In this document: positions 1-12,124 of the stretch, piece by piece
Layout of the letters: every line of letters begins with the position of its first letter
Numbering within the stretch: position 1 is the first letter of the stretch
The notes under the pieces: generated by a model
Database searches by the model: none
Told to the model about the DNA's origin: nothing
The model's input: only the letters and a program-made list of their open reading frames with translations
Assembly: GCA_047967505.1 (NCBI GenBank)
Contig: CM106538.1
Reading direction: 5' to 3' (one strand)
Length of the DNA stretch: 64,000 bases
From: Dipteris shenzhenensis
Taxonomy: Eukaryota
Translations under genes and position numbers: made by a program

Positions 1-99
1 CCCAAACAGTTCACACAAAGGCTTGAAGAAATAATAATATTAACACCTGCAGAGAGATAAATGGACCAACTACATATATTAGTTCACACAATGGTATGC

Positions 100-1500
100 C
101 TATTGAATGTAATTCACCTTGTTGTTCAATAAGAGTTCATTAGGTTATAATATTTATACAAAGCATGATGAGAATGGCAATATAGTTCTCATTGTCTTGT
201 ATGTTGATGACATCATCATAATTGGTAATAATGAGAAACAAATGAAAGAGGCCAAATATGACCTAAACAGAGCCTTTGATCTTAGCTTTATGCATTACTG
301 TTCTGGAAATCGAGGTCTATAGAGACTAAGTTAAAATGTTTTTATCCTAATCCAAGACATGAATGAAATTCTCAAATGGTTTAGAATGGAGAATTACAAG
401 TCAATCAATAGACTAATGAATCCACATGAGAAATTGTCCAAAGATCTACATAGTCATGGAGTAGATGACATCTTATATAGGAAATTTGTAGTTAGCTTGA
501 TACAATCAAACATAGTGTGTCCAGGTTTACCCTTCCCAAACTATGGCGAGTATTTGGACCGAAACACAGTACACACTCTGATGGCCATTTGGGCGAGCAT
601 GGAGGGATCCTCTAGAGCAGCCACTGCCAGGAGAGTTATTTTTTTCAAAGTTGGGAGAGGATCTCCTTTCTTCTCTGAGTCTCCTTTAGGGTTGAGATGG
701 CATTTTCAGCCTCCACCTTGGTTGTTTATTAGCTCATTTTGAGCTGTTTTTTCCTCATGCATTGCATGATGTACTCCCGCATTTGAGCTTGCTCTCACGG
801 TTTTCATTCATACTTAATGAAGTAATTTTCTTGCAAAAAGAAAAACATAGTGTGTCCAGTCAGTGCAGTATCCCCATATATGGTTGATCAAAAGAAAGCC
901 ATTAGAAGGCGACCAATAAAATTCTCAGATATGTAAAGGGAAACCTAACTCTACAAAAGAAGCAATGATAAAAATCTATCAGGGTTTATTGATTAGGCAG
1001 GATGCTCAGATGATGAAAGATCTATTACTTCAGGTTGGATTTTACCTGATATCGTGGAGTGGTAAGAAGCAAAGTACTATTGCTTTATCCTCCATAGAGA
1101 TTGAATATAGAGCATCCACTAACATAGCCTGTAAGGCTATCTAGTTGAGGAGGATCTTTAATGATGTTGGGCTTATTCAAAAAAATCAAATTTTGTTATT
1201 GATTGATAATAAAATCTCTACTAATGTGGTCAATGATCTTGTATTTTAAACTTGAACAAAGCACATTGAGATACAACATCACCTTATACATGAAAAGGTA
1301 TTGAGCAATGAAATCTATTGTTCAATACAAGATCAGGTGGTTGATATCCTAACCAAACCTCTTGCGAGGATTAAGCAAGAGAAGTCTTCCAACTGTTGTG
1401 TGTGAAGCCTAATCCATTTTTCATCAAGGAGAAGTGTTGGAAAGAGTGATGAACTATGGAGCTAGTTCACTAAATTACCCAAGGGTAATTTGTGTACTGG
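100..1500 (+). mobile_element. Degenerate Ty1/Copia RT-RNaseH remnant with PPT and start of 3' LTR (TG at 1435)
   Basis: LYVDDIII in ORF 119..322. Downstream are SWSGKKQSTIALSS.E.EY, KHIEI and VDILTKPL with stops and frameshifts. aaggagaag precedes TGTTGG. Outer ends are approximate. Confidence 0.85.
525..842 (+). mobile_element. 5'-truncated L1-like LINE (family A 3' end) with A-tail and 17-bp TSD
   Basis: TSD aaacatagtgtgtccag at 508-524 and 843-859; ORF2 C-terminus ...LRWHFQPPPWLFISSF; 3'UTR shared with other copies. Confidence 0.9.
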
Positions 1501-2628
1501 TCTTTGTGCTCATTTTCCCGGGGTGTAGTTTGGCAAAAGTAGTTTTGGCAATCATGCTTCTATGTCAGACTATGTTCACGTCTTCTCTTAGTGTCGCTAT
1601 TGGTCCCCGTAGTCATTGTATCATGCTCGTACCATATGACTGGAGCATTCTCTAGTGGATCTTTTTCCCTATTTGCGATTGTCTTTGTATCGGTCTCTTC
1701 AAGATGCTCATTCTCTTGGAAAGCTTCCTCTGGCCCAGTTAGAAGTGTTTTATTATTGCTTCTAGCTTTGAGTAGTAGCTGTTCCACTTTGGACAGCTAT
1801 GAATGTACATTCTTCTAAATGAAATATCTGCTTTACAACAAAAAAAGTGCTCAAGGAAGAGAGGATGGTATCCCTCCAAAGACATCACAATCCAAATATA
1901 CTTGTGTGATCACCTAGTTTGAATACTTGTATATTTTCACAAAGAGTCTTGCAAAATTTCCTCCCACCTTCGCCTCTCTCGCTTGTGCTTTTCTTTGCCA
2001 TTCCAATCGATTGTGCCTCATAAACATAATTTTGGGGTATACTACATGCATCGAATTCAATTTTCCAGCTAAGAAAAGAATGTATGTGTCTGATGCAGAA
2101 ATGCCAGGCCTTGTCCTTTTGTTCATGGGTATCCACAGTGATTCCCAAAGCATATTCTCAAGGCATCCATCGTATTTCCATAGGCCATAATCCCTAGGCA
2201 GTGTGACTGGACTACGCTAAAGCCCTTCTCTGTCCCTCTTGTTGCTTGTCACTGAGGTCCTCGGACTCCCTAACGTAAAATGAAGACCCTTGCAAGAGAA
2301 CCTGGCTACTGCCAAGAATAACCACCCTTGTTTAAGCATTGACTAAGGTCCATACAATGGATCCAGCCTATCTGCCCTCATTCTTCTTCCCGCTTCTGCG
2401 GTTCATATAACAAGCATCCTTAGCATCTGAAGGCATTAATAGGTCCACCCTATCTGTCCTCATTCTTCTTCCTGATTGTTGGGCTCAGCCTTAGCATCAT
2501 AAAGCATTAATGCAAAAAACCTTTTTATATTTGATATATCATTGTATATCAAAGAATGTTTGAAAAAGCTAAGTAGAAACTTCAAGTTCAAGCTGACTAT
2601 TACCTTCTTTCTTGTATTGTGTAAGCAG

Positions 2629-2717
2629 GCATTCTTCCAGCGTTGGTGGAGAGAACAGACTCCACAGAAGCAAGCGATTGTGAAAAGTCTTGTTGATGCA
2701 GGCCAGCTTGAGTTTAT
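2629..2717 (+). CDS. alpha-mannosidase exon (AFFQRWWREQ...GQLEF)
   Basis: cag|GCA acceptor, AT|gta donor; typical GH38 AFFQRWW motif. Confidence 0.92.
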
Positions 2718-2836
2718 GTAGGGTTATAATGTTGTTTCGTCAAAAGCTCATGATTTTTTTGACAGTACAATAACTTTCTGATCTATTATGGCAATGATAT
2801 TTTGTGATTTCCAAAATGGTGGCTGGGATGTTTCAG

Positions 2837-3011
2837 AAATGGTGGCTGGTGTATGCATGATGAGGCTACGACGCACTATATAGACATGATAGACCAGACA
2901 ACTCTTGGACATAGATATATCAAACAACAGTTTCAAAAGGTTCCACGGACTGGATGGCAGATAGATCCATTTGGGCACTCTGCAGTACAAGCATACCTGC
3001 TAAGTGCAGAG
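2837..3011 (+). CDS. alpha-mannosidase exon ([10 protein letters not shown]...WQIDPFGHS...SAE), carries the catalytic nucleophile Asp
   Basis: cag| acceptor, |gtttg donor; overlaps ORF 2853..3038. Confidence 0.95.
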
Positions 3012-3649
3012 GTTTGTTTTTGGCATTGTAAATACTAGCTGTACGTGGATTTATACATTACAATCACTTTATTAGCGAATATTATTTGTATTATAAAGGA
3101 AAAGGGATAGATCTGTAGCATAAAACATGCATCAATGATTCAAAAGTTGTTCCAATGATCAATCATCATTTATCAATGATAAAAATCATACTTTAGACTC
3201 AATAGGCAAAATTACAAAAAGGTTAGATAATATATAGGTCAATTTATGTTTGCCCTTTAGCATATGAGTATGCTATAAACAAGTGTAAACATGTCTTATT
3301 GAACACACGAGAATGTTTGGAGATATGGTTTAGATGCACTGGGTCTTAAGCATTCATTTTTACGTTACTAAGGTGATCAAGCTTTCTCATATCAATATGA
3401 AAAGCTGCATCACTGGTCTCTGTATATACCTGGAAAGAATTGAGAAACTGATGAGATCTGCATCATCATCGCATTAACTCCTGAGGAAGCAAAGTAATAT
3501 ATCTAGACGTGTATAGGCACATAGGCACATGTCTGGAAACCAATCTCCCTCTTCATATTTCTTTGTGCTCGTGCATATGCACACACATACACACATGTAC
3601 ATCTCTTTGACTAACAAACTCTCTGTTCTCCTGTGGGAAACTTTTGCAG

Positions 3650-3769
3650 CTTGGATTTGATGCCCTTTATTTTGCAAGGATTGATTATCAGGACAAACTA
3701 AAGCGTCTAAATGAAAGCACACTCGAGATGATTTGGCAGGGTTCCAAGACATTTGGCAGCTCTGCTCAG
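3650..3769 (+). CDS. alpha-mannosidase exon (LGFDALYFARIDYQD...SSAQ)
   Basis: ttttgcag| ... CAG|gtag; conserved FARIDYQD. Confidence 0.93.
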
Positions 3770-3920
3770 GTAGATCTTATTACTTCAACAGCAGTGTTCC
3801 CATAAATAATATATTAGACTCTGGTTGATTTCTATTGGGTGATGTACACATGAGTGGGCTACAATCAGAAGTCTACTTTAACAATCAGTAACGTGCTTGG
3901 ATAGAGTCTCTTGTCTACAG

Positions 3921-4004
3921 ATATTTACAGGCACTCTCTTTGATGGTTACGGCCCACCTTCTGGATTCGACTTTGATATTGATTCTACAGATACACCTGT
4001 CCAG
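3921..4004 (+). CDS. alpha-mannosidase exon (IFTGTLFDGYGPPSGFDFD...VQ)
   Basis: ctacag| ... CAG|gtac; YGPP.GF motif. Confidence 0.9.
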
Positions 4005-4109
4005 GTACTTACATTAACCAGTATGCTCCTATGGAGTATCTGTAAGCCTATAGTTCTGAGGGAAATTTTATTCTAACCTTATAATATGTCTGCATGGGAA
4101 AAAAAACAG

Positions 4110-4181
4110 GATGATCCCATTCTGTTTGATTATAATGTTCAGGACAGGGTTGATGCATTTGTAGCCACTGCACAAAATCAG
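4110..4181 (+). CDS. alpha-mannosidase exon (DDPILFDYNVQDRVDAFVATAQNQ)
   Basis: aacag| ... CAG|gtatg; DYNV..RV..F motif. Confidence 0.92.
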
Positions 4182-4353
4182 GTATGCTTTTGTAGATTGG
4201 TTCATAGGCGAATGGTTTGTAATGTTCATACACATTAAATTGTGTCATGCTATGTCTATAAGGACAAACCAAATCATGTTGACCATGGGGATTGATTTTA
4301 ACTATCAAAATTTGGTATGACTTCTAATGTTCATACTCATTAAATTGTGTCAG

Positions 4354-4467
4354 GCTTTGTCTATAAGGACAAACCATATCATGTGGACCATGGGGACTGA
4401 TTTCAACTATCAAAATGCGCATGCTTGGTACAAGCAAATGGACAAGCTCATCAATTGGGTGAATAAG
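4354..4467 (+). CDS. alpha-mannosidase exon (ALSIRTNHIMWTMGTDF...WVNK), followed by a GC donor
   Basis: gtcag| acceptor; RTNHIMWTMGTDF motif; AAG|gcatgt donor is needed to join VNK to DGR. Confidence 0.9.
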
Positions 4468-7400
4468 GCATGTCTTATCCTTATAATCAAAGACCTCTGA
4501 ATGTTTGTCAAATTTCTATTGCAAAAATATATTCCTAATCTTTTATGAAGGTTTCATTTTCTTTTGGAGTCAAGGTTTCGGAAGTGCACAGCTAGCACAT
4601 CTTAGAGTCATCTTGTGCAGAGTTTGCATACTTTGACTCGAGATTAAGATCCCAATTCTTATGTGGGGGCTCCTTGACTAATGGCCTTGAAATAAGGTGG
4701 TGTTGAAGGAGGTTTAAGGCAACAAACAGTTTAGAGAGGTTTTCCTCATTTCACATTTCATTTCGCATCACGGTTGTCCATCAATTCGGCCCACATCCAT
4801 TATCAAGATTGAGATCCCTATCCTTGTGCAGAGTTTTCTGAAATAGCGTGGCCTTGAAGGTGGGAGATGTAGAGGGGTTCTAGGAAACCTCAAAGATAAA
4901 TTCCAGGGCATGTTTGCAAGTAGTTTATGGGGCACCTTTTCTACCAACAGTCTTCACTTCATATTTCATTTTCTATCATTTAAGGTGACTTAGCAACTCA
5001 AGCTTACGATCATTCAGAAGTTTTTTGAAATCCTTCCAAGAGACCACAGAAAAAGCAGGTCCTCTCTCCCATCTGGACCACTGCATGTACCCAGAAGCAT
5101 CAAGAGCTCTTCCATGTTGATGAAGTATGCGGTCATTCCACACGATAGGATGCCTATCAATCTCGTCCTATGAAGAGTGGGGATTCTCTGAAGATTAATC
5201 TTGAATCTGCCCAAGCTTTCAAGATGGCAGCCATAAGAGGGAAGGAAGGCATCCTAAGATGCGCCAAGATAAAGATCCACTTCGTACTGTCCATCCAATC
5301 ACCACCCGAGGAGGGGGAACAATAGTGTATGAAATGAATGAAAAAATATTTCTAAGACTCCTGTCCTAGCAAAAGCCCTTGACTAAAACCTTGCAAAGGC
5401 CGGCCCTACTATGCAAATATGGATCAATGATATTGAGGCCCCCTTTTTGTGTGAGGAGAATCAAGGTCTCCTACGCCACACTAGCTCCGGTATATATAGA
5501 ACCATCAAGTCCACACCATAAGAAATTCCTTATCGGCCTTTTTAGTTGAGTGATGCATTCCCTAGAGTGGCACCAACAAGAAAAAATAAAGCAAGCTGTG
5601 GCCATTAGTACCTTGTTAATAACTACCACTCTAGATATGAGGTTTAGTCTACTAAAAATCCAAAAAGATTTTCTTCTGATACTCTCCAAGACATGATCAA
5701 ATTATTGCAAAGGTACGAAAACAAATATCTTCAAAAGTTGAGATTAACTCTTTTTCTATAGGCTCTCTATGATAATAACATGCAAAAGTTGCTATCCTTA
5801 CAACAATAGTCAAGGCCACAGTTATAGAAGATGCTTCTAGTGATGAGCCATCTCCATGATCTGATTCTTCTTTAGCTTTTAGAGATTTGTCGAATGCAGG
5901 CTACAAGTTGGGTGAAACAAAAGAGGCTATCTATAAATTGTCCAAAGGCTCACTCATGACAAAGTTGTGGTCAACACCAATTGCAAAGTCTAACGGAGCA
6001 TCCCAAATGTAGTCTCCTTCATAGCTAACAAGTAAAAGAGTTACAAAATTAAATTTACCAAAACAAAAAGATACCTTGAAAGACACATTCTCCTCTATTA
6101 TTGGGGGCATAAAGGTTGAGAAGGATAACTTACATCCACTAATATGAAGTAAAGTCCTCTATGCTCTAGGGGTGTGATGATGCCATGTCCAACTACAAGG
6201 AGATGAATCCGAAACTAAAAGGCATGTTCCTCCCCTAGTGCCCAAGGAAGGAGACCAAAAAGTGTGACTGGAAAGCAATTCACATGACTGGAAAGCAATT
6301 AATCTGACTTTGCACAGTCTTTACCATCCAACTTGTGTTTCTAGATAAAAAGAATATCAATGAGACCCTAGTGACACTTGGATGAAGCTGATTACTCATT
6401 AGCTGCCTTCGACGTGGCGATGAGGAACACGGCCACAGCCCAGAGGAAGTAGGCTTACCTAACCTGTTGGTGAAATAGATCTCCTATAGTAGTAGTAGGG
6501 AGGGAAGTCCACCACACCTGTGGAAGTGGATGCTCTATAGGTAGGGTTGGGAAGAACAGTGCTAACAAAGGTGGAAGGCACAAACTCTACCTCTCCACAA
6601 TCAGTTGGAGCGGAGAAAGAGTTCGTTTGAACCAAAAATGGCACCGGAGTCCATAAGATACCCACACCCTTTCCTCCATCAAGAAGAAACACTTGCAATG
6701 CGGAATGTGAAGGAGGCTGCTCGAAAGGAGAAACAAGGCCAAGATTATTTATTTATTTTTTGGGGGGCAGCTCTTGATCTATGAGAGAAGGAGCTGATGA
6801 AACACCATCTCTGGCCACAACCAAAACAGGGTGAGGAAGAGGGTTAGGAAAACAGAAAGGGCCTCTTGATGTGCCAAAGTTGGTGGAGAAATGCCAACTC
6901 TAACCGCAACCCAAGGAGGGAAAGTAGGTATCAGTCATGCAACACTTGCCATAGGAACGCTTTGTCGAGAAGGGTTTGCACCAAAAGGCTTCTTGGGCCT
7001 TTTCTTCTTCCTTGGGCAATCTCTAACGAAGTGGTGCCCAAAGATCTTGCAAATTTGTCGTAGTTTTTGCTTGCTTGCAGTCTCAACTCTCTGCCAAAAA
7101 AAAGAGCCATTTGGATGTGGGAGCATAATCTGGTCATCGGATAAATGAGGGTGAGTTACAATAATCTAACTTTGGGGACCTCATTAGACCCGAGAGCCTC
7201 CACTATGGAAGGGGGTAAACCAGGGAGAAGGGGGATCTCTGTGGCCAAACCAAATGAAGCTACAATCATGGTTAGGTCCATGGTAGACCCGAGGCAGATC
7301 GGGGAACTTGATAAATAGTGAATTGACCCGTCTGTCCTCCTCCACTATGTCGAAGCCTAGTAAGAAAGATGAGAGAAAAATCTTCTTGGAACGAAGTGCC

Positions 7401-8166
7401 AAGGGGCTAGCCTCGAGCATTGTCCTTGCGGGTTTGGGAGAATAAAAACCACATGAGAGCAACCTCACCCCAATAAATGAACATCTGATAGGTGTTGAAA
7501 CCAGGGCACTACAGCTAAGCTAAGCTAGGAAGCAAGAGCAGCTATGCTAAACTAAGACAAAGCTATGGAGGCAACAAGAGAAAGAAAGACATGATGAAGA
7601 ACCTAAACTACTCAGTCATAGACTTAAGCACAATTAGGTTACAAGATGGAAGCTTGTACTTATAGAGAGGCTTGAGAGCTTGCTGGATTGCTTTCCATTG
7701 ATAGAGACTTCACTTATATAGAGTGAAGTACACGAGATACAAAGTCACCCAACTATATGGGATAATAGAAAAGTGCCACATGGCAACAAACACACAAACT
7801 ACTACAAAACTAGCACTCTAGGTGCCTATAGAAGTGGCAGCTCCTTGATATTCCCAACAAATCCCCTCTCAAGGAAATGCCTCATAATGTCAAGGATAAA
7901 TCATAGGCTCATGGTCTCTCATGTCAGTTTTTCTGGACAAGGATAAATCCAAGGCTCTATGTCTCTCATGCAGTAGGACATCCTTGGGTAGGTACAAAAT
8001 ATGGGATATACCAAGACTAACTCAAAATATCATAGATACCTATGAGAGGTTCACACTGACAAGAAAATAAGATACCTTTGCATACTCATAATGGTTGCAA
8101 AAGGTTTACAGAGTCCTTTTTGGAAACATGATCCGGGCAGGGCACCCTAGAAACAGAATGTAGAAA

Positions 8167-9033
8167 CTAGAAGACATAATCCTTGTCTTCCATAAAAAAT
8201 GCTTGTGCTTTGGGCACCTCCTCTACCACCATATTTCCTGAATTTTTGTTAGAGAAACGATTCCTTTTAGAGTGACCGTTCTTTCTGCAGATTCCACATG
8301 GTTTGATGCGAAAACAATCTTTTTCATTATCATGATTGTTTTTGCCACAATGTTTGCCAACCTGAAAAGTAATTCTTTTGAACTCGGTTGCTAGAGTGAG
8401 TTCGCTCTTATTATCGGTCCTTTTGTCCTTCTTCCTTTCCTCTTCCCGCAGTGCACTGATGATGCCCTCAAATTTTGGATCAGGGCCATATTTTAGAGTG
8501 GTGACCAAATTGTCATATTCTTCAGGCATGCTTTTGAGAAGTACAGCCATAGCATCATCTTGTGTTACCGGTGACTGGATTGAAGCCAATTGATTCATCA
8601 GGCTTCTCATTTTGTTGATGTGAGCATCTAGAGGTGCTCCAGATTTCAGTTCTAACTCAAAAAATCCAATCTTGAGTGACAGCTTTGAATGCTTGTTACT
8701 TGCACCAAATAAGTGGTCAAGTATAGCCCAAGATTCAGCAGGGTCTTCAAGATCAGAAATATGATGCAAATAGTTGTCTCCAAGGCCCAATGCAATGATT
8801 GAGAATGCCTGCTCAAGATGGTGAGGTTCAAGGGCAACTGACTTTTCTATTGATGAGTAAGAAGATTCTTTTCCTTTTTCAGAGGCAACTGACTTTTCTA
8901 TTGATGAGGAAGAAGATTCTTTTCCCTTGACCAGACTCCACAGATTATGTTTCATCAAATGGAACTTGATCTTCGTCTGCCAGGTGTGGAATCCTTGGCC
9001 ATTGAACTTATCAATGACAGTGTGAGTATTCAT
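8167..9033 (-). CDS. Copia-type Gag (UBN2/Retrotran_gag_2-like), 288 aa, two degenerate zinc knuckles
   Basis: IDKFNG.GFHTW..KIKF.L...NLW, A...W..L...F, LLKSMPEEYD..VTTL; knuckles GKHCGKNNH..C and CGICRKNGH. Confidence 0.88.
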   Translation of the reverse strand: MNTHTVIDKFNGQGFHTWQTKIKFHLMKHNLWSLVKGKESSSSSIEKSVASEKGKESSYSSIEKSVALEPHHLEQAFSIIALGLGDNYLHHISDLEDPAESWAILDHLFGASNKHSKLSLKIGFFELELKSGAPLDAHINKMRSLMNQLASIQSPVTQDDAMAVLLKSMPEEYDNLVTTLKYGPDPKFEGIISALREEERKKDKRTDNKSELTLATEFKRITFQVGKHCGKNNHDNEKDCFRIKPCGICRKNGHSKRNRFSNKNSGNMVVEEVPKAQAFFMEDKDYVF

Positions 9034-9462
9034 CTTGATGAATCAAGCTGAAAGATATCACAATCTTGAAGTGACAATCAGCAACAACGAATCAGCAATT
9101 TGCAGCTTCTTATAGACACAGACAGTGAAGTAAGAATGGCGGGCTGATTCATGTGAGGATAGTGAGTGGATTCAGCATGACTTGGGGCAGATATCTGGAG
9201 CAGAAAGTGACGAGCTGAATGGCGCATATCTGGACAGAGTTTCATGGACAGAATGGCGAGCAGAGGGCAGGGAAATAGTGTGCAGATTTGGGGGAGAGTG
9301 TAGGGGTAGCAATCAGCAAGGAATGGCGCGCTGAACTGGAGCAGGATGGCGAGGGAAAACAGGGCAGAATGGCGGGCAGATCAAGATATATATGGCGATG
9401 TAATGAAGTGGGAGATCAGGGCAGAATTGACGCAGCATGGCGAGACAAGAAGCAGCAGGAAC

Positions 9463-12124
9463 TGTTGAGAGTTCATGCTCAACATCATGTGATCACGTGT
9501 ACATAGCACCATCCTGTGATCATATGTGCATAGCACTAACCTTATAGAGTGCTATAAAGGAAAGGGCTAGATCCCCTAACCCTAACCCTAAATGGGTTTG
9601 TATATATTCTATCTTTTCAACTAAATCTAATGTACTCTCTAGCTGTGCCCTCTCTCCTCATCTCCACTCTTCTCCTATCCCCTCTTCATATTTTGTCATG
9701 GTATCAGAGCTCCCTTGCCTTCCGCTGAGGCATTGCGATCCTTGAGAGTGCGAGAGAGATTGAGAGATTGAGTGTTCCCATCCTTTCATTCCGTTGATGA
9801 AAGAGATTTCCGTCCATTTAATTGAGAGAGAGTTTCCGTCCACTTTTCTTTTTGTGTGAGAGAGAGTTCTTTCGATTTAGTGCTTCGAGAGAGAGAAATA
9901 GAGATTTTCTGTCTATTCTTCTTCTTCTTCAAGAGAAAGAGAGAGAGAAAGAGCTTAGATAATCATTCCTGTGAGAGAGAGATAGAGGTTCATTTGATAG
10001 AGAGAAAGGATTCATTTATGAGTATTGTTCTTCTTCTATCATACTCCGTTTGAGAGATAGAGGTAGTTCTTTTCTTCGATCCACGTGAGAGACTCCAAGC
10101 TTCAACAACTTCTATGTCCTTGCAACTGCGCTTGTGGCTCCTACAAGCAACCTCACCGATCCAAGCCAGCCTCTGCTACGACTTCTGCTGCTGCGACTCC
10201 TACTGGAACTCCGACGCAACTCCTTTGGAGCCTCGTTTGCTGGAGCCTCTTTGCTAGGCAAGCAATAAAAGCTTCAACGAGCCGTCTCACAGTAGCGCCA
10301 ACAAGAGCCTTCACTAGCGACACGCATAGGCACAACGTAGTCTCCAATACTTAACGCCACCTCCTAGCCTCTCTTGCAACAAAGCCTCGACCTTGGAGGC
10401 TCAATCCTTCAGTGACGTTCCAATACGCACGACGGCTCTCTCCAACACCGGCTATCCCAACGCTTCTCCAAAACGAACCGCTCAGATCCTCCATGCATGC
10501 AAACTAGTAGCGACAGCAGAGACTCCACCGACGGAACCTCCAACTGGCTCCTTCAATGACCCGCTCAGCCCCTCAGCTGATCGCCTACGCTCCAGTACGT
10601 GCCTTCTACCAGCCAACCACTGCTATAGACAAGGTCTTCTAACACGGTCTCTACACATAACAAAGGTACCAAGCGTCTCCTGCTCCATGAACGACAGACG
10701 ACTAAAGGCTCCAAGACTTCAGCTCAGCCTCCAGCTCCATTGACCTACACCGACCCAACAACTTCAGTGCACTGCAAGCAACAGTGCGACTAGCAAAGCA
10801 CCTACGCCAAAGCACCACCGAGCTTTGTTAGTAGCTCCGTTGAAGGCTTCAAGCTCCTCCAAGAGCTCACGGACTGCAAGGCCAACGGGTTATTGACGGC
10901 CCTCGTCCATAGACACTTGGCCATATAGAGTTGACACGTGTCTCCTATCGGCCATGTCAGCAAGCTCACCTTATCTGCCTCGTCACTCTAAGTGACACGT
11001 CAGCAGTCCCATGAGGTTGCATGTCATCAGCTTGTCAACTGTCACTGACTGCCACGTCACCTCTGCCACGTCAGTAGCCATGTCAGCTGGCCTTGTCAGC
11101 TACCACATCATCTGGCCACGTCAACTGTCACATCATTTGGCCACATCATCTGCCACGTTACCTTTGCTGACATCATCTGTCACATCATCAGGGCCACGTG
11201 GCACACTGGACCTCTGCAGGCACACAGTGTGCTCCAGAGTCACTGCATGTGACCACTCCTGCCACCTCAGCATAGGGCTCCACTGGCACATCTCTTGCTA
11301 GACACAGTGCCACATCATCACTGCATGTGACCCACAGTGACACATCATCATTGAGCACCATTTGCACTCCTTTTGTCCCTCCACCTAGATCAAGTCGTAT
11401 CTCTTGATCTAGGAAGAATTTGAGGACGCTCCAAAAAGAAAAGTCGCTCATTTTTTTGTGCTCTACGCGCTCGTCACATCATGCGCACATTTCGGTACAA
11501 GTTACACTCACATTTGAGCCTCGTCGACAAAACCACTTCCTTCACGTACATTCGCCTCTACATCGACGTATTTGATGTTGATCTTGAGGGAAGGTGTTGA
11601 GAGTTCACGCTCAACATCATATGATCACGTGTGCATAGCACCATCATGATTCATGTGATCATATGTGCATAGCACTAATCTTATAGAGTGCTATAAAGGA
11701 AAGGGTTAGATCCGCTAATCCTAACCCTTATTTATATATATTCTATCTTTTCAACTAAATCTAGTGTACAGTTAGTCATTTGTGGTGTGCTCTCTAGCTG
11801 TGCCCTCTCTCCTAATCTTCACTCTTCTCCTCTCCCCTCTTCATATTTTGTCAAAGGAAGGCCTACTTCATGATGTTGATCTTGAGGGAAGGTGTTGAGA
11901 GTTCACGCTCAACATCATGTGATCATGTGTGCATAGCACCATCATGTGATTATATGTGCATAGCACTACGGGTTAGATCCCTTAACCCTAATCCTAAATG
12001 GGTTTGTATATATTCTATCTTTTCAACTAAATCTAGTGTACAGTTAGTCATTTGTCGTGAGCTCTCTAGCTGTGTCCTCTCTCCTCATCTCACTCTTCTC
12101 CTCTCCCCTCTTCATATTTTGTCA
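9463..12124 (+). mobile_element. Non-coding LTR element (LARD/large TRIM-like) with three LTR copies
   Basis: LTRs at 9463-9698, 11595-11853 and 11893-12124; PBS tggtatcagagc 9699-9710; PPT ttgagggaagg before LTR2 and LTR3; TSD GGAAC (9458-9462, 12125-12129); no recognisable gag or pol. Confidence 0.9.

Noticed and set aside
785-794. GAGCTTGCTC matches a U2 snRNA stem-loop
   Set aside because: Only 10 nt; no U2 5' region, branch-site helix or Sm site nearby
9572-9592. ccctaaccctaaccctaaa as an interstitial telomere
   Set aside because: Only ~3 units, present in degenerate form in each LTR copy; at most a telo-box-like LTR motif
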